Shown: in pieces, positions 8,809 through 18,566 of the stretch | How the letters are laid out: every line of letters starts with the position of its first letter | Position numbering within the stretch: position 1 is the stretch's first letter | Virus record (IMG/VR): IMGVR_UViG_3300025723_000097 | Coordinates: 1 to 37,014 of that record | DNA length: 37,014 bases | Direction: 5' to 3' (one strand) | DNA from: a virus | Taxonomy: Duplodnaviria > Caudoviricetes | Translations under genes and position numbers: made by a program | The notes under the pieces: generated by a model | The model's database searches: none | The model's input: only the letters and a program-made list of their open reading frames with translations | Told to the model about the DNA's origin: nothing

Positions 8809-9497
8809 TTAACACGCTCGATAAAATCGGCAGGATAGTTTGTACTAAAGCTGGACCAACAGAGTTCGTTCATAGTTTCAAATGACTGAGGCTTGTCCCA
8901 TTCTATACCTAGCCCTGCTATATGTTTACGCATCTCATCTTGTCGTGTACTGTAGATATGACTTTCCACATCTTTAATACTAACAGGTGTCTCGTCCTGA
9001 TGGTAGGTAAAGAAATAGTTAATACTTTTTAACTTGCCATCTACAATAAAATAACTGCTAGGATGCATACTGTACTTCCACCATCCTAGGCTTCTGTGTG
9101 CTTTGACTATTTCAATCATCTGTTCTTGCCAATCGGGCAGTACATCATCAAAACTACAGTCACCATCTAAACTACGTTGCCAAAAGTCCACACCATCAAT
9201 AGCCAAATAAATCTTACGTTCTGGTATGTTAACTTCTAGTATTTTTGGAACCAGATCAGGAAACCGATACTCCATGTTGTGTAGATAATGCAGTTCTCTA
9301 AAGAACTTTTCATCCATGAGTTTTGGATCAACCACTTGATTCTGTCCTTGATGATAATCTCCCTCTGTGGTATAGTGCTGTACAAACACGGTTTTATCTT
9401 CGTTAATCAAACTTGTATAAACCAAATTGTTACGCCAGGGAGTACGACCCTGCGATTGATTGTAGTAGTAGGAGTAGTTCATATCTTTGTAGGACAT
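8796..9497 (-). CDS. Protein-kinase-like fold protein with degenerate catalytic loop
   Basis: FFRELHYL, VPKILEV, GWWKYSMHPSSYFI, KSINY; paralog of 17201..17893. Confidence 0.55.
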   Translation of the reverse strand: MSYKDMNYSYYYNQSQGRTPWRNNLVYTSLINEDKTVFVQHYTTEGDYHQGQNQVVDPKLMDEKFFRELHYLHNMEYRFPDLVPKILEVNIPERKIYLAIDGVDFWQRSLDGDCSFDDVLPDWQEQMIEIVKAHRSLGWWKYSMHPSSYFIVDGKLKSINYFFTYHQDETPVSIKDVESHIYSTRQDEMRKHIAGLGIEWDKPQSFETMNELCWSSFSTNYPADFIERVKCIK

Positions 9498-9501
9498 ATA
9501 G

Positions 9502-9528
9502 TAGTTATTATAAATATTTTTTTAAATA
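9502..9528. promoter_or_regulatory. Divergent late-type promoter region
   Basis: TATAAATA 9509-9516 and TAAATA 9523-9528 on +; TAACTA 9507-9502 on -, 4 nt before the ATG at 9497. Confidence 0.55.
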
Positions 9529-9545
9529 CACAAAACAGGTTAACC

Positions 9546-10610
9546 ATGAAAGTAAGCAAAATCCCAGGATTAGGTAGGTTTGGTATATTCATTGACAATG
9601 TTGATTTTAACACATTAACAGACGAAGAGTGGATGGATATTGGCAAACTACACATGAGCAGTTTAGTCACAATCATACGTGACTGTAACCTGTCGTGGGA
9701 GAATCAAACAGAGTGGGTTACCAAGTTTGGCGATACTCGCTATGGCATTCGTTACTTGATACTCAAAAAGTATCCAGGCCTGATGTGGCACGAAGTAGTA
9801 GGACTAGCATTAAAAGATGATCCACGCATAGAACCAATCGATATACTACGTCTAAAGAATATTGCACGTATGCAAGAAGTTGCTCCAGATGGTCGTCACG
9901 TTATGCGTGTAACTGGCCAGCGTGATAAAGACGGTAACCCGTTAGGTATGTTTGCCGAAGGCGAGCTAGCTTGGCATAGTAATGAAAGCGGCACACGCAC
10001 ATTTACTCCGGGTGTTGCGTTACTAGGATCTGAGAACATGATTGGTTCAGCAACAGGATTCCTAACAACTCCTGACTACTACGAAAATGTAAGTAACGCA
10101 TTTCGTAGCGAACTAGACGAGATGGTATTGTTACACAGGTTCACTCCTGGAAAAATGAATCCAGGATTACGGGTAGAACAAGACGAAGTTATGCATGCTA
10201 ATATGTGTCCAGTAGACGATATGGAAATGCCAATGGTTATACGTAGTCCAGGCGGTATCATCGGACTACATTATAGTATTCATACTGTACATAGTATTAA
10301 AGGTATGACTAAGGCAGAGTCTGATTCTGTATTTGAAGAAATTGATAAAGAATTATTTACTCCACAATATACATACGACCACTGGTATCAAAGCAACAAC
10401 GATCTCTGTTTATTTGATAACAGTATTACGCTACATCGTAGATTAGGCGAAACAAAGAATCGTATGTGTTATCGTGTACAACACGACTACAGCAATTTAC
10501 AAGATGGATTTTGGCAGCCGTATTTGTCAGAACCATTTGCTAGCGATTACATAGACGAAATTAAATATTACGTAGCACTAGCTGAAATTAAGAATTTTAA
10601 ATTACCATAA
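9546..10610 (+). CDS. TauD/TfdA-family dioxygenase
   Basis: WHSNE, TGFL, YDHWY...DLCLFDNSITLHRR, R..YR; start moved to ATG 9546 to avoid overlapping the divergent gene. Confidence 0.8.
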   Translation: MKVSKIPGLGRFGIFIDNVDFNTLTDEEWMDIGKLHMSSLVTIIRDCNLSWENQTEWVTKFGDTRYGIRYLILKKYPGLMWHEVVGLALKDDPRIEPIDILRLKNIARMQEVAPDGRHVMRVTGQRDKDGNPLGMFAEGELAWHSNESGTRTFTPGVALLGSENMIGSATGFLTTPDYYENVSNAFRSELDEMVLLHRFTPGKMNPGLRVEQDEVMHANMCPVDDMEMPMVIRSPGGIIGLHYSIHTVHSIKGMTKAESDSVFEEIDKELFTPQYTYDHWYQSNNDLCLFDNSITLHRRLGETKNRMCYRVQHDYSNLQDGFWQPYLSEPFASDYIDEIKYYVALAEIKNFKLP

Positions 10611-11458
10611 TGTATATATTACAAAGAACCAAGTTACAGTATGCTTACAGATTTGTACTAGTCATGACTATGCTAGTTATAGGTGGTTGGACATTTATAG
10701 ATATGCTTTTAGACTTTGCCAATCAATGGTACTGGTTAGTCATAGCCACCTTATATGTTATAACTGTAGAAGAAACATTTGCACATAGAATTTGCGCTCA
10801 CAGGATGTTTGCTATCAACACTAAGTCTCTAACATACAAAGTGTTAACCTACTTGTGTTCAGTTAATCAATCACACGGCCCCACACGCTATTTGGCCACG
10901 TGGCATCCAGCACATCACATGTATTCGGATAAGGGTAAGGCAGACAATGTTAACTTCAAAGAGTTTTGGTGGGGATCTGCTAGTACTATACCTGTAGAGT
11001 TTCTTTGTGATTTTCAAATACCAAACGTAGATAAAGTAGTTGAGCATGGATATAGAACTAGTAAAGAAGTAATTGATGATCCTTGGGCACAGTTCTGCGA
11101 AAGATATTCTCTTACTATATCAACCGTAACATTACTCTTGCTCTTTGTCTTTGCTCCTATTATACTAATAAATGTAGTCCTACTAGGTAGATTTATAATG
11201 ATGTTAGGTATGATGGCCGCAGGTATTTGCCATATCAAAGACATACCACTAACTTATAGATTAGCCAATACTAACGATGATTCAAACAATAACTTGATCA
11301 TACATTATTTGTTCTTAGGAATCTTTAGCGGACTATTACAGAACAATCATCATAGTAATCCTAATGCTGTTAGCCTAGGATTCCGTTGGTGGGAAGTAGA
11401 TACTAGTGCTCCTATATCTTACACGTTAAAATACTTAATGGAACAAAAAAATGCTTAG
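10610..11458 (+). CDS. Membrane fatty-acid desaturase-like protein (delta-9 type scaffold)
   Basis: TM segments; His boxes HRICAH, HPAHH, QNNHH; WWEVD. Confidence 0.85.
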   Translation: MYILQRTKLQYAYRFVLVMTMLVIGGWTFIDMLLDFANQWYWLVIATLYVITVEETFAHRICAHRMFAINTKSLTYKVLTYLCSVNQSHGPTRYLATWHPAHHMYSDKGKADNVNFKEFWWGSASTIPVEFLCDFQIPNVDKVVEHGYRTSKEVIDDPWAQFCERYSLTISTVTLLLLFVFAPIILINVVLLGRFIMMLGMMAAGICHIKDIPLTYRLANTNDDSNNNLIIHYLFLGIFSGLLQNNHHSNPNAVSLGFRWWEVDTSAPISYTLKYLMEQKNA

Positions 11459-12254
11459 AGGCATTAACAAGCAAGCATATTTGGATATGGCACCATATTT
11501 GGATATGGATGCGTTTGATAAGTTACAGCCCGAGATATACACAGGCTTTGCTCTAGCACGAGAGTACGCTAAGGAAGGTACTTGGATGAAGCCAGGCTTT
11601 ACTTGGAAGGATTCTAGTTACATTGTAAACTGGTTGCCTATTCCTTATGCTATAGATAAGTTCCTTGCCTTGCCTGATACAGATCCTATTAAAGTCGAAG
11701 GCTTAAAGCTATACAAAGACCTACACGACTACAAGTCACGTAACAAGTTTACACGCTATTTAAAAATGGCCATGGGCGCATACGATCCATACATTTATTA
11801 TTTCCTTTGGGAAGAAGGATCATGGGATGATCGTACTGCTCCACGTAAACTAACAGAGGAAGCAGAGTACTTTCCAGAAACTGTCAAATGGGTTGAGGAA
11901 CTTATCAACACAGGTATCTTTGAACATATCGGTCGTGTTATATTCTTCCATTGCGAAGCAGGTGGTGTTCCGTTTGAACACAAAGACTTAGATGCTAAAA
12001 ATGGTGTAGATATAGCATACCCGCACCGTAATGAGTTTATACACATTCGTCCTAATACAAAGAAAGCCATGTATGTTTGGGATCCCGAAACTAAGGACAA
12101 GACTTATATCAACACTAGAGCCGGTTGGTGGAATGACCAAGATTGGCACGGTGGTGAAATGATCATGGAACCTAGTTATAGTCTACGTGTAGATGGCAAG
12201 TTTACAGACGAGTTTAGAAAGAAGCTAGGCATTGATCACTTGGACAGCTATTAA
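11451..12254 (+). CDS. Putative cupin / Fe(II)/2OG-type oxygenase
   Basis: GRVIFF...EHKD...WHG...SLRVDG gives an HxD...H...R arrangement. Confidence 0.55.
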   Translation: MLRGINKQAYLDMAPYLDMDAFDKLQPEIYTGFALAREYAKEGTWMKPGFTWKDSSYIVNWLPIPYAIDKFLALPDTDPIKVEGLKLYKDLHDYKSRNKFTRYLKMAMGAYDPYIYYFLWEEGSWDDRTAPRKLTEEAEYFPETVKWVEELINTGIFEHIGRVIFFHCEAGGVPFEHKDLDAKNGVDIAYPHRNEFIHIRPNTKKAMYVWDPETKDKTYINTRAGWWNDQDWHGGEMIMEPSYSLRVDGKFTDEFRKKLGIDHLDSY

Positions 12255-13312
12255 TGAATAAACTAGCAGACACACTATCCTTATGCGAACATTGTTATAG
12301 ACACGTACCAGCTGTACGCTTTGAACGTGATGGTGCCATATGGTTGGGGAAGACTTGTAAGCAACATGGCTACGCAGAATATCTAGTAGAACCTGATGCG
12401 GAATTTTACTTAAACTATAAGTATCCACATAGAGATTTAAAAAGTTACTTTATCGAAACTACTAATCGCTGTAATTTAACTTGCCCACATTGTTATCAAG
12501 AACCTGATAACGCAACAGTAGACCCTAGTATTGATTACTTATTAAGTATAATACGCTCGTGGCCCGATGATGGGTTTGCTGTAGCCCTTGTAGGCGCCGA
12601 ACCTACTATGCGTAAAGACTTACCAGAGTTGATTCGTGGCATACAATCATTACCAGGTAAGCCACGCGATATCATGATATTAACTAACGGTGTATATTTG
12701 TCTAAGCTAACTTACGCATCACAGTTTGTAGAGTTTAAGAATATAGTGTGGACATTTGGATTGAACCATCCTGACTACAACGGACATACTGTACGCAACA
12801 AACAGATACAAGGTATAGATAATTGTATAGCACTAGGCATGAGTGTTAAGAACATTAGTTACACATTAGAGGACTTGTCACAAGTTGAATATTGCTTAGA
12901 TGAGATACAAGAGTTTCATCTTAAGAAATGCGAAAAGTTTCGTATACGTGTAGGATCAGATATTGGGCGTAATCCAGCAGGTGATAAAATATTCCTAAGT
13001 CAACTGGTAGCAGAGATTAAACGAATTGCAGAGAAACGTGGGTGGTCATATGACACAGATTTTAAATCAGGCATACAAGCACACTATCCTGTAATTGTTA
13101 ATGGTGTGTATATTAAAGCAATCCAGTGGCCCGATGTTACTACATTGGACATGTCTGAGATGCAAACAGAAGCCATAGCAGATATATTGCCAGGTCGTCC
13201 TCCTAGCCCATTAATACATCAAGTTATCTTGCGTGATGCATCAATAAATAAAAAGATGCCATTATACGACCCTTTACCTAAAGAGTTTAATTATGTAAGG
13301 CATAAGGAATAA
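12254..13312 (+). CDS. Radical SAM protein with Tes/GDGT-MAS (MJ0619)-like N-terminal metal-binding domain
   Basis: TLSLCEHC...KTCKQHG then TNRCNLTCPHC, GAEPT, LTNG. Confidence 0.8.
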   Translation: MNKLADTLSLCEHCYRHVPAVRFERDGAIWLGKTCKQHGYAEYLVEPDAEFYLNYKYPHRDLKSYFIETTNRCNLTCPHCYQEPDNATVDPSIDYLLSIIRSWPDDGFAVALVGAEPTMRKDLPELIRGIQSLPGKPRDIMILTNGVYLSKLTYASQFVEFKNIVWTFGLNHPDYNGHTVRNKQIQGIDNCIALGMSVKNISYTLEDLSQVEYCLDEIQEFHLKKCEKFRIRVGSDIGRNPAGDKIFLSQLVAEIKRIAEKRGWSYDTDFKSGIQAHYPVIVNGVYIKAIQWPDVTTLDMSEMQTEAIADILPGRPPSPLIHQVILRDASINKKMPLYDPLPKEFNYVRHKE

Positions 13313-13313
13313 T

Positions 13314-13883
13314 ATGATTAAGTATATTGGAAACTTTGCAGATTGGATTCAAGATGAATGGATAACATATCTATTAAACAATAGCGGTACATGTTTTCCT
13401 GTAGATGCTACTATGGAAAAAGAAGCAACTATCCTAAATGATTTTAATGGTGTAACTCCTGCCGGAGATAAAATTGAAGGAATGGAAGAACTATGGGATT
13501 TAGATCATGTATGTTGTGTTACTTACAAACAACATATCTTACCATTCAAAGTTGACCTGCCAATTGATATACAGGATAGCGAGTATGACTGGTTTTTCTT
13601 AAAGCTAACTCCAGGTAAAGTACAGCCTATACATTTAGATGCGGCCATTACTGGAAAAGAATATGCGGGAGGAGTCGCTATACCGAATACATCTGTACTA
13701 CGATACTGGATGCCTTTACAAGACTACAAACGTGGGCATATCTTTATGTACAACGATCAGAACTTTACCGATTATAAGAAAGGTGATTTATTCCTGCACG
13801 ATGGAGAAAATGTTTGGCACGGCGCAGGCAACATGGGGCACGTAACACGATTATCTTGGAACTTTGAAGTATACCCTAAATGA
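13314..13883 (+). CDS. Fe(II)/2OG oxygenase-like, tandem paralog 1
   Basis: KYIGNFADWI; PG..QPIHLD; RYW..LQDY..GHIF; WHG..N.G...R. Confidence 0.75.
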   Translation: MIKYIGNFADWIQDEWITYLLNNSGTCFPVDATMEKEATILNDFNGVTPAGDKIEGMEELWDLDHVCCVTYKQHILPFKVDLPIDIQDSEYDWFFLKLTPGKVQPIHLDAAITGKEYAGGVAIPNTSVLRYWMPLQDYKRGHIFMYNDQNFTDYKKGDLFLHDGENVWHGAGNMGHVTRLSWNFEVYPK

Positions 13884-14377
13884 AATATATTGGTAACTAT
13901 AAGGACTGGATCAAACCTGAATGGATAGAGTTCCTCTTATCTAATGATGGTACCCTACGTCCTAGAGGCGGAGAGAATCCAGACTGCGAAGAATTCAGGA
14001 TGGCTACCAGCGTCGGTTACGACATGACTAAGACTTATTGGCATCATTATACAGGAGATAAGTTTCCATTTGAAGTTACTCCGCCCTTTACTACAGACAA
14101 AGAATATATGTGGTGGTTTATAAAAATGACTCCTGGGCAGTTTATGCCTATGCACAGAGATCCGCATACCATAAATGTTAAACCAAACTGTACACGCTAC
14201 TGGATAGCTTTACAAGATTATGTTCCAGGACACATCTTTATACACGGTACGGAAGTAAGAGTTGATTATAAAGCAGGTGACATCTGGGAGTATGATGATG
14301 CTAGTGAAATACACGGTGCTTGTAATATTGGATTTAGTACTAGACTTACCGCACACTTTACCACATACGATAAATGA
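13880..14377 (+). CDS. Fe(II)/2OG oxygenase-like, tandem paralog 2
   Basis: KYIGNYKDWI; PGQFMPMHRD; GHIF; HGACNIGFSTR. Confidence 0.75.
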   Translation: MKYIGNYKDWIKPEWIEFLLSNDGTLRPRGGENPDCEEFRMATSVGYDMTKTYWHHYTGDKFPFEVTPPFTTDKEYMWWFIKMTPGQFMPMHRDPHTINVKPNCTRYWIALQDYVPGHIFIHGTEVRVDYKAGDIWEYDDASEIHGACNIGFSTRLTAHFTTYDK

Positions 14378-14895
14378 AATACATTGGCAACTATCGAGAC
14401 TGGATCACAGATGATCTAATGAATCATCTTCGTACTCGCACAGGCGAAACTAGACCAGTATGGCAACCAGAACGTTGGCAAGGACATCCTGAGCTAGATA
14501 AGTTTAGAGAATGGGTACGTCCTGGATACGCACATAAGAATCATGATTTCCAACAGTTCAATCCTAACTGCGAAGATATGAAAGACTATGAGATAGTATT
14601 ACCAGACTTTCCAGAAAAGCGTAATCAATGTCAGTGGTGGTTTATTAAATTATTACCCGGGCAGATGCAGCCTATGCATATTGATCCGCATTTAGTCGAA
14701 GTAACTAATCCTGTGCGCTATACTATGTTTTTAGAAGACTTTCAACCTGGACATATATTTGTCTACGACGACAAGATGTTTAGTAACTACAAGGCAGGGG
14801 ATGTGTATGAATGGAGTGATCCGATGATTGTACACGGTGTTGTTAATATTGGATTCAATACCCGTTATACTCTACAAGTTACCTATCACGATTAA
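14374..14895 (+). CDS. Fe(II)/2OG oxygenase-like, tandem paralog 3
   Basis: KYIGNYRDWI; PGQMQPMHID; GHIF; HGVVNIGFNTR. Confidence 0.75.
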   Translation: MKYIGNYRDWITDDLMNHLRTRTGETRPVWQPERWQGHPELDKFREWVRPGYAHKNHDFQQFNPNCEDMKDYEIVLPDFPEKRNQCQWWFIKLLPGQMQPMHIDPHLVEVTNPVRYTMFLEDFQPGHIFVYDDKMFSNYKAGDVYEWSDPMIVHGVVNIGFNTRYTLQVTYHD

Positions 14896-15967
14896 CTTGT
14901 TCTGCTATACTGATAAATGGCGACTTACTACCGCACAATATAGTACATGGTGCTGAACTGTCAGTAGTCCACTTTTGCTGTACAAGTGTTTGCCAAACTT
15001 CTCCAGACATTATATCTTTAATGCTGTGAGTGTGAGCGTCTAACGCACCTAACCCACCTAGTTCGTTAATAGTTTCAAATACTTCTAACTGAACTTCTCT
15101 AGCAATACTAGTAATAGATGTGCTGTCTATTAAATTATACTTACTATACAATTCAACATCGTAGTTTGCGTACAAGAACGACCCAATTAAACAACAAGGC
15201 ATCAAGTGGCCGTGGGCATCTATGTACAATTCTTTGCTGTCCAATGTAAGGCAATCGATTTCGCTAGTCCAGGATTTGTAGTCTTTTAAATCTACAAACT
15301 CGACAGGCTGTATGTTGCTAGAGTGAGGTTGTTCTATATAGTGTGTGATATTTCCAATTCTGTCTAACACTGGAAACTGTTTACCAAAGCGTTTACTATT
15401 TTTAACTGTAAACGAACTAAATCCCAATGAGTTTGCCAAGTTGTTAGCTATGTCCACTTCGTGCTCGTTGTGCTTGAACTTGATAAACATCCATTCCGCC
15501 CTTCCACCTGCTTCCATAAATGCAATAGCATTTCTTATGATAGCAGTAAAGTCTGTTCCTATTCTGTATAAACTATGTGTATCGGCCAATCCATCTAACG
15601 CAAATTCAACACGATGGTCGGCTGGCATAGCTTTGGCCAATTCTGTCCACCATTGTTCTGACCTAGCACTGCCGTTGGTATTGATAGTAACTCGTACCGT
15701 GCTGTAATCACGCAAGTATTGGCACATTAGAATCAAGTCGTTGTTGAGTATTGGGTCACCAAAGTCTCCGCAGAATATAACATGTTTGATCTGCGCAAGT
15801 ACTGTGGAGTTAAAGATATGTTTAAAATCAGCAATGGACCATTCGTTAAGAACTAAGGATGGGTTTTCAATTCCGCTGTGTATGTTACGCAAGCACATAG
15901 GACAACTTGCCTGACAGCGATTTGTAATCTCAACTTGTATTTGTTCTAACGATTCAAAGTTAAACAT
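14879..15967 (-). CDS. Radical SAM protein with C-terminal SPASM/twitch-like cysteines
   Basis: CQASCPMC, CGDFGDP, NTNGS, PCC, C...CG; paralog of 19968..21065. Confidence 0.9.
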   Translation of the reverse strand: MFNFESLEQIQVEITNRCQASCPMCLRNIHSGIENPSLVLNEWSIADFKHIFNSTVLAQIKHVIFCGDFGDPILNNDLILMCQYLRDYSTVRVTINTNGSARSEQWWTELAKAMPADHRVEFALDGLADTHSLYRIGTDFTAIIRNAIAFMEAGGRAEWMFIKFKHNEHEVDIANNLANSLGFSSFTVKNSKRFGKQFPVLDRIGNITHYIEQPHSSNIQPVEFVDLKDYKSWTSEIDCLTLDSKELYIDAHGHLMPCCLIGSFLYANYDVELYSKYNLIDSTSITSIAREVQLEVFETINELGGLGALDAHTHSIKDIMSGEVWQTLVQQKWTTDSSAPCTILCGSKSPFISIAEQVNRDR

Positions 15968-16489
15968 TTAATATCCAATTAAGTGTAACATATACTTTGG
16001 TTTCATGCCAGCATTAATACCGCTGTGCCATTCTTTATAATCGTTCCATTCAACAACTAGTCCTTCGGGAGAGTTGTAATAATACTTGTCACCTAGTATA
16101 AAAATGTGTCCTAACACAGGGCCACTTAACATAATACTATAACGTCTAATCTTACCATACAGTAAATAATCTTGTTCGTTGTCATCCACATCCCAGTGCC
16201 ATGGAGCAAAGTAGCCCGGGTCCACTCGGCTAATCCAAGATCTATGTATACCGTCTAAATCTAAAGCGGCGGCAATCTTATCCACTAGTTCTTGTGGGTA
16301 GTTCTTTTCAGGATAGTAGTTAGTCCATTTGATACTAGCAGGATTGAAGTTAGCATCTTGCCACATTTTGTAAATGTCCATGTACCCTGGAGTATCAAGA
16401 TTCCACTTGCTAAGGTCCGGCGTGATATCGACACCCGTGTCTAAGGATGCGATAAGTTCTGCCCAATCGATTTTATTCAAGCTGTTCAT
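15968..16489 (-). CDS. Fe(II)/2OG oxygenase-like
   Basis: PGYFAPWHWD, GHIFI, WHSGINAG; start moved to ATG 16489. Confidence 0.7.
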   Translation of the reverse strand: MNSLNKIDWAELIASLDTGVDITPDLSKWNLDTPGYMDIYKMWQDANFNPASIKWTNYYPEKNYPQELVDKIAAALDLDGIHRSWISRVDPGYFAPWHWDVDDNEQDYLLYGKIRRYSIMLSGPVLGHIFILGDKYYYNSPEGLVVEWNDYKEWHSGINAGMKPKYMLHLIGY

Positions 16490-17204
16490 CAGGATGATCC
16501 AAGTAACCAAATGCCCATAGACGTTCTGCACACCAGAAACATTTATTACAATGCGTAATAGGATGTCCAGGATTCTCGCAACTTCTAGTAATAGGGAATA
16601 GATTCTTTTCAACATCTAGTACCCTGTACATGTCTGCAATATCTTTCTTATTTAAGTTAACCCATGGCACATATAAACGCTCATCCGATTTGACTTCCTT
16701 CTGAGGTAAGCCGCCGCTGGTTAATAAACTAAAATCGGTATCTTCTCTAACAGGAATGTTAACACCAAACAATGGCTTTTGGACTTCGTCGGTCCTAGCA
16801 TCAATGTGCCACTGTGGTTGTACTTCGGGATGATCCTTCCACATCTCGTATGGAGGGAACTTAGTAAGTCCAGCATACATGATATCAACTTCACCGCTTT
16901 CTAATTTATCACTAACAGTTCTAAATAAGGTCTCAGGATTTTGATCTGCTACGTCATACTTGTGTACTGTAAAATTAGTCTTGCCTGTCAGTTGTGAGCA
17001 AAGGGCAATTGAATCATCAATAGCGGGTTCAGCGGCTTCTCTACGTCCAGGTTCAAATATTGTGTAGATATTCAAATGATCTTTAATGTGTTCCATTAAT
17101 ACATACAGCATTAAGGAACTATCGGCTCCGCCACTAACAATAATACCCACAGGTCTATCGTTATAGATTATAATGTCATGTCCGGCAATAGTGATAGTAT
17201 TCAT
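16473..17204 (-). CDS. QueC-like PP-loop ATPase (adenine nucleotide alpha-hydrolase family)
   Basis: SGGADS PP-loop; TRSCE...CNKCFWCAER Zn-type motif. Confidence 0.75.
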   Translation of the reverse strand: MNTITIAGHDIIIYNDRPVGIIVSGGADSSLMLYVLMEHIKDHLNIYTIFEPGRREAAEPAIDDSIALCSQLTGKTNFTVHKYDVADQNPETLFRTVSDKLESGEVDIMYAGLTKFPPYEMWKDHPEVQPQWHIDARTDEVQKPLFGVNIPVREDTDFSLLTSGGLPQKEVKSDERLYVPWVNLNKKDIADMYRVLDVEKNLFPITRSCENPGHPITHCNKCFWCAERLWAFGYLDHPDEQLE

Positions 17205-17893
17205 GGTGTTCCTTTGAATAGGTTGTTGTATATTTCTGGGAACGGATTATCCGTCCATGTATTTGCTAAGTGTGTAAGTAGTGTATTCTTAAAGAAGATG
17301 GAAAAATCAATCATCCCATCTTTAGTAGCGGAGTCGAATCTGCCGCCGCTATCTACTCCTATAATACCTTCTACCTTACTACGTTCTATATACGGGTTGT
17401 CTATCTCGGCACATCCGTAAAAGTCAAATGTTTTAATTTTATTATTCTTATCAATAAAGAAGCAATGCGGATACAAGGCCATTTTGTAGTAACCTTCGTC
17501 ACGCAGGTCTTTAATAATTTTATAAATCTGTTCTTTCCAATCTGGGCACAGCTCGTCTAAGTTACGTCCAGATAGTATAATATGGTTAAGTGTTTCTGTG
17601 TTCCACTCAATTACAATTTGTCTACTGTCTAAATCAACTTCAAGCACACGCGGCGCCCACTCAAAGTGTTGACACAACATCAAGTACTCGACTTCACGTT
17701 GAAAGAAAAAGTCCATTAATTCTTTAGTTAAGTTAGTTTGATATTGTTGATACTCGCTAGTTTCATCCCACAACATACACATACGGGTGCCGTCTGGACT
17801 GACCAATGGAGTATATAGCATATTAGTAGGAACGTTATGCTTGTTGATATAATCTAGTTTATATAGATAGGACCAGCCTGAAGTATCAATCAT
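17201..17893 (-). CDS. Protein-kinase-like fold protein with degenerate catalytic loop
   Basis: FFQREVEYL, APRVLEV, GYYKMALYPHCFFI, KTFDFY. Confidence 0.6.
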   Translation of the reverse strand: MIDTSGWSYLYKLDYINKHNVPTNMLYTPLVSPDGTRMCMLWDETSEYQQYQTNLTKELMDFFFQREVEYLMLCQHFEWAPRVLEVDLDSRQIVIEWNTETLNHIILSGRNLDELCPDWKEQIYKIIKDLRDEGYYKMALYPHCFFIDKNNKIKTFDFYGCAEIDNPYIERSKVEGIIGVDSGGRFDSATKDGMIDFSIFFKNTLLTHLANTWTDNPFPEIYNNLFKGTP

Positions 17894-18566
17894 ATGTTAT
17901 TACAAAGTCGTTAGTTTTAAGTTGTTCGAGTTCGTCTTTAAGTTCCGGAGACATCTTGAACTTTACCAGTGTTGGAGAACTTGAAAAGTCCTTCATTTTA
18001 AATTCAAGGTTAACACGATTGAGCCAAGGACTAAAAATATTATCAAACTTGTAATGATTCTCAGGTGCAGGTACAGCCTGGGTAATACTAACAGTAATAA
18101 AATCATAACCGAGACTATTACGCAAAGGCTCACGAACGACTAATTGTAAACGTGGAACAGATCCAAAGTTACAAGCAGTATGTAATCTATCAGTTAGCAT
18201 CATATACCAATAGTTATCTCGTTGGCATTTAAACATAGTTTCTGATTCTAAGTCAATAAGAAAAGATTGCTCGCCAGTTAAATTCAAATGCCAACGATTA
18301 TCTATGTCGGCATGTGATTGATAACTCTCTCCAGGTTTTAATGTAATAATACGTGCTTCACCTATAGGAGCAGGTAAGGTCATTAAGATACGCTCCCATG
18401 CTGTGCCTTTATACTCGTCCTTAATAGTCCAAGTGCCATAAAAGAAATCGCCCGAATGTTTATTCAATACAACAACATCATCTGTTATAGGGTGTTCAGC
18501 AAGAGCTTGCTCGATTATTCCGGCAGGACATTGCCAGCGTTGTTCGGTAACCATATCATATTTCAT
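17886..18566 (-). CDS. Fe(II)/2OG oxygenase, Asp/Asn beta-hydroxylase-like
   Basis: EARIITLKPGESYQSHAD...HTACNFG...RLQLV. Confidence 0.75.
   Translation of the reverse strand: MKYDMVTEQRWQCPAGIIEQALAEHPITDDVVVLNKHSGDFFYGTWTIKDEYKGTAWERILMTLPAPIGEARIITLKPGESYQSHADIDNRWHLNLTGEQSFLIDLESETMFKCQRDNYWYMMLTDRLHTACNFGSVPRLQLVVREPLRNSLGYDFITVSITQAVPAPENHYKFDNIFSPWLNRVNLEFKMKDFSSSPTLVKFKMSPELKDELEQLKTNDFVITYD

Noticed and set aside
9288-9545. N-terminal extensions given by the track (also 16490-16615, 21075-21104, 21700-21795, 32370-32399, 32857-32955)
   Set aside because: They overlap neighbouring genes or promoter boxes; downstream starts fit domain boundaries and translational coupling better
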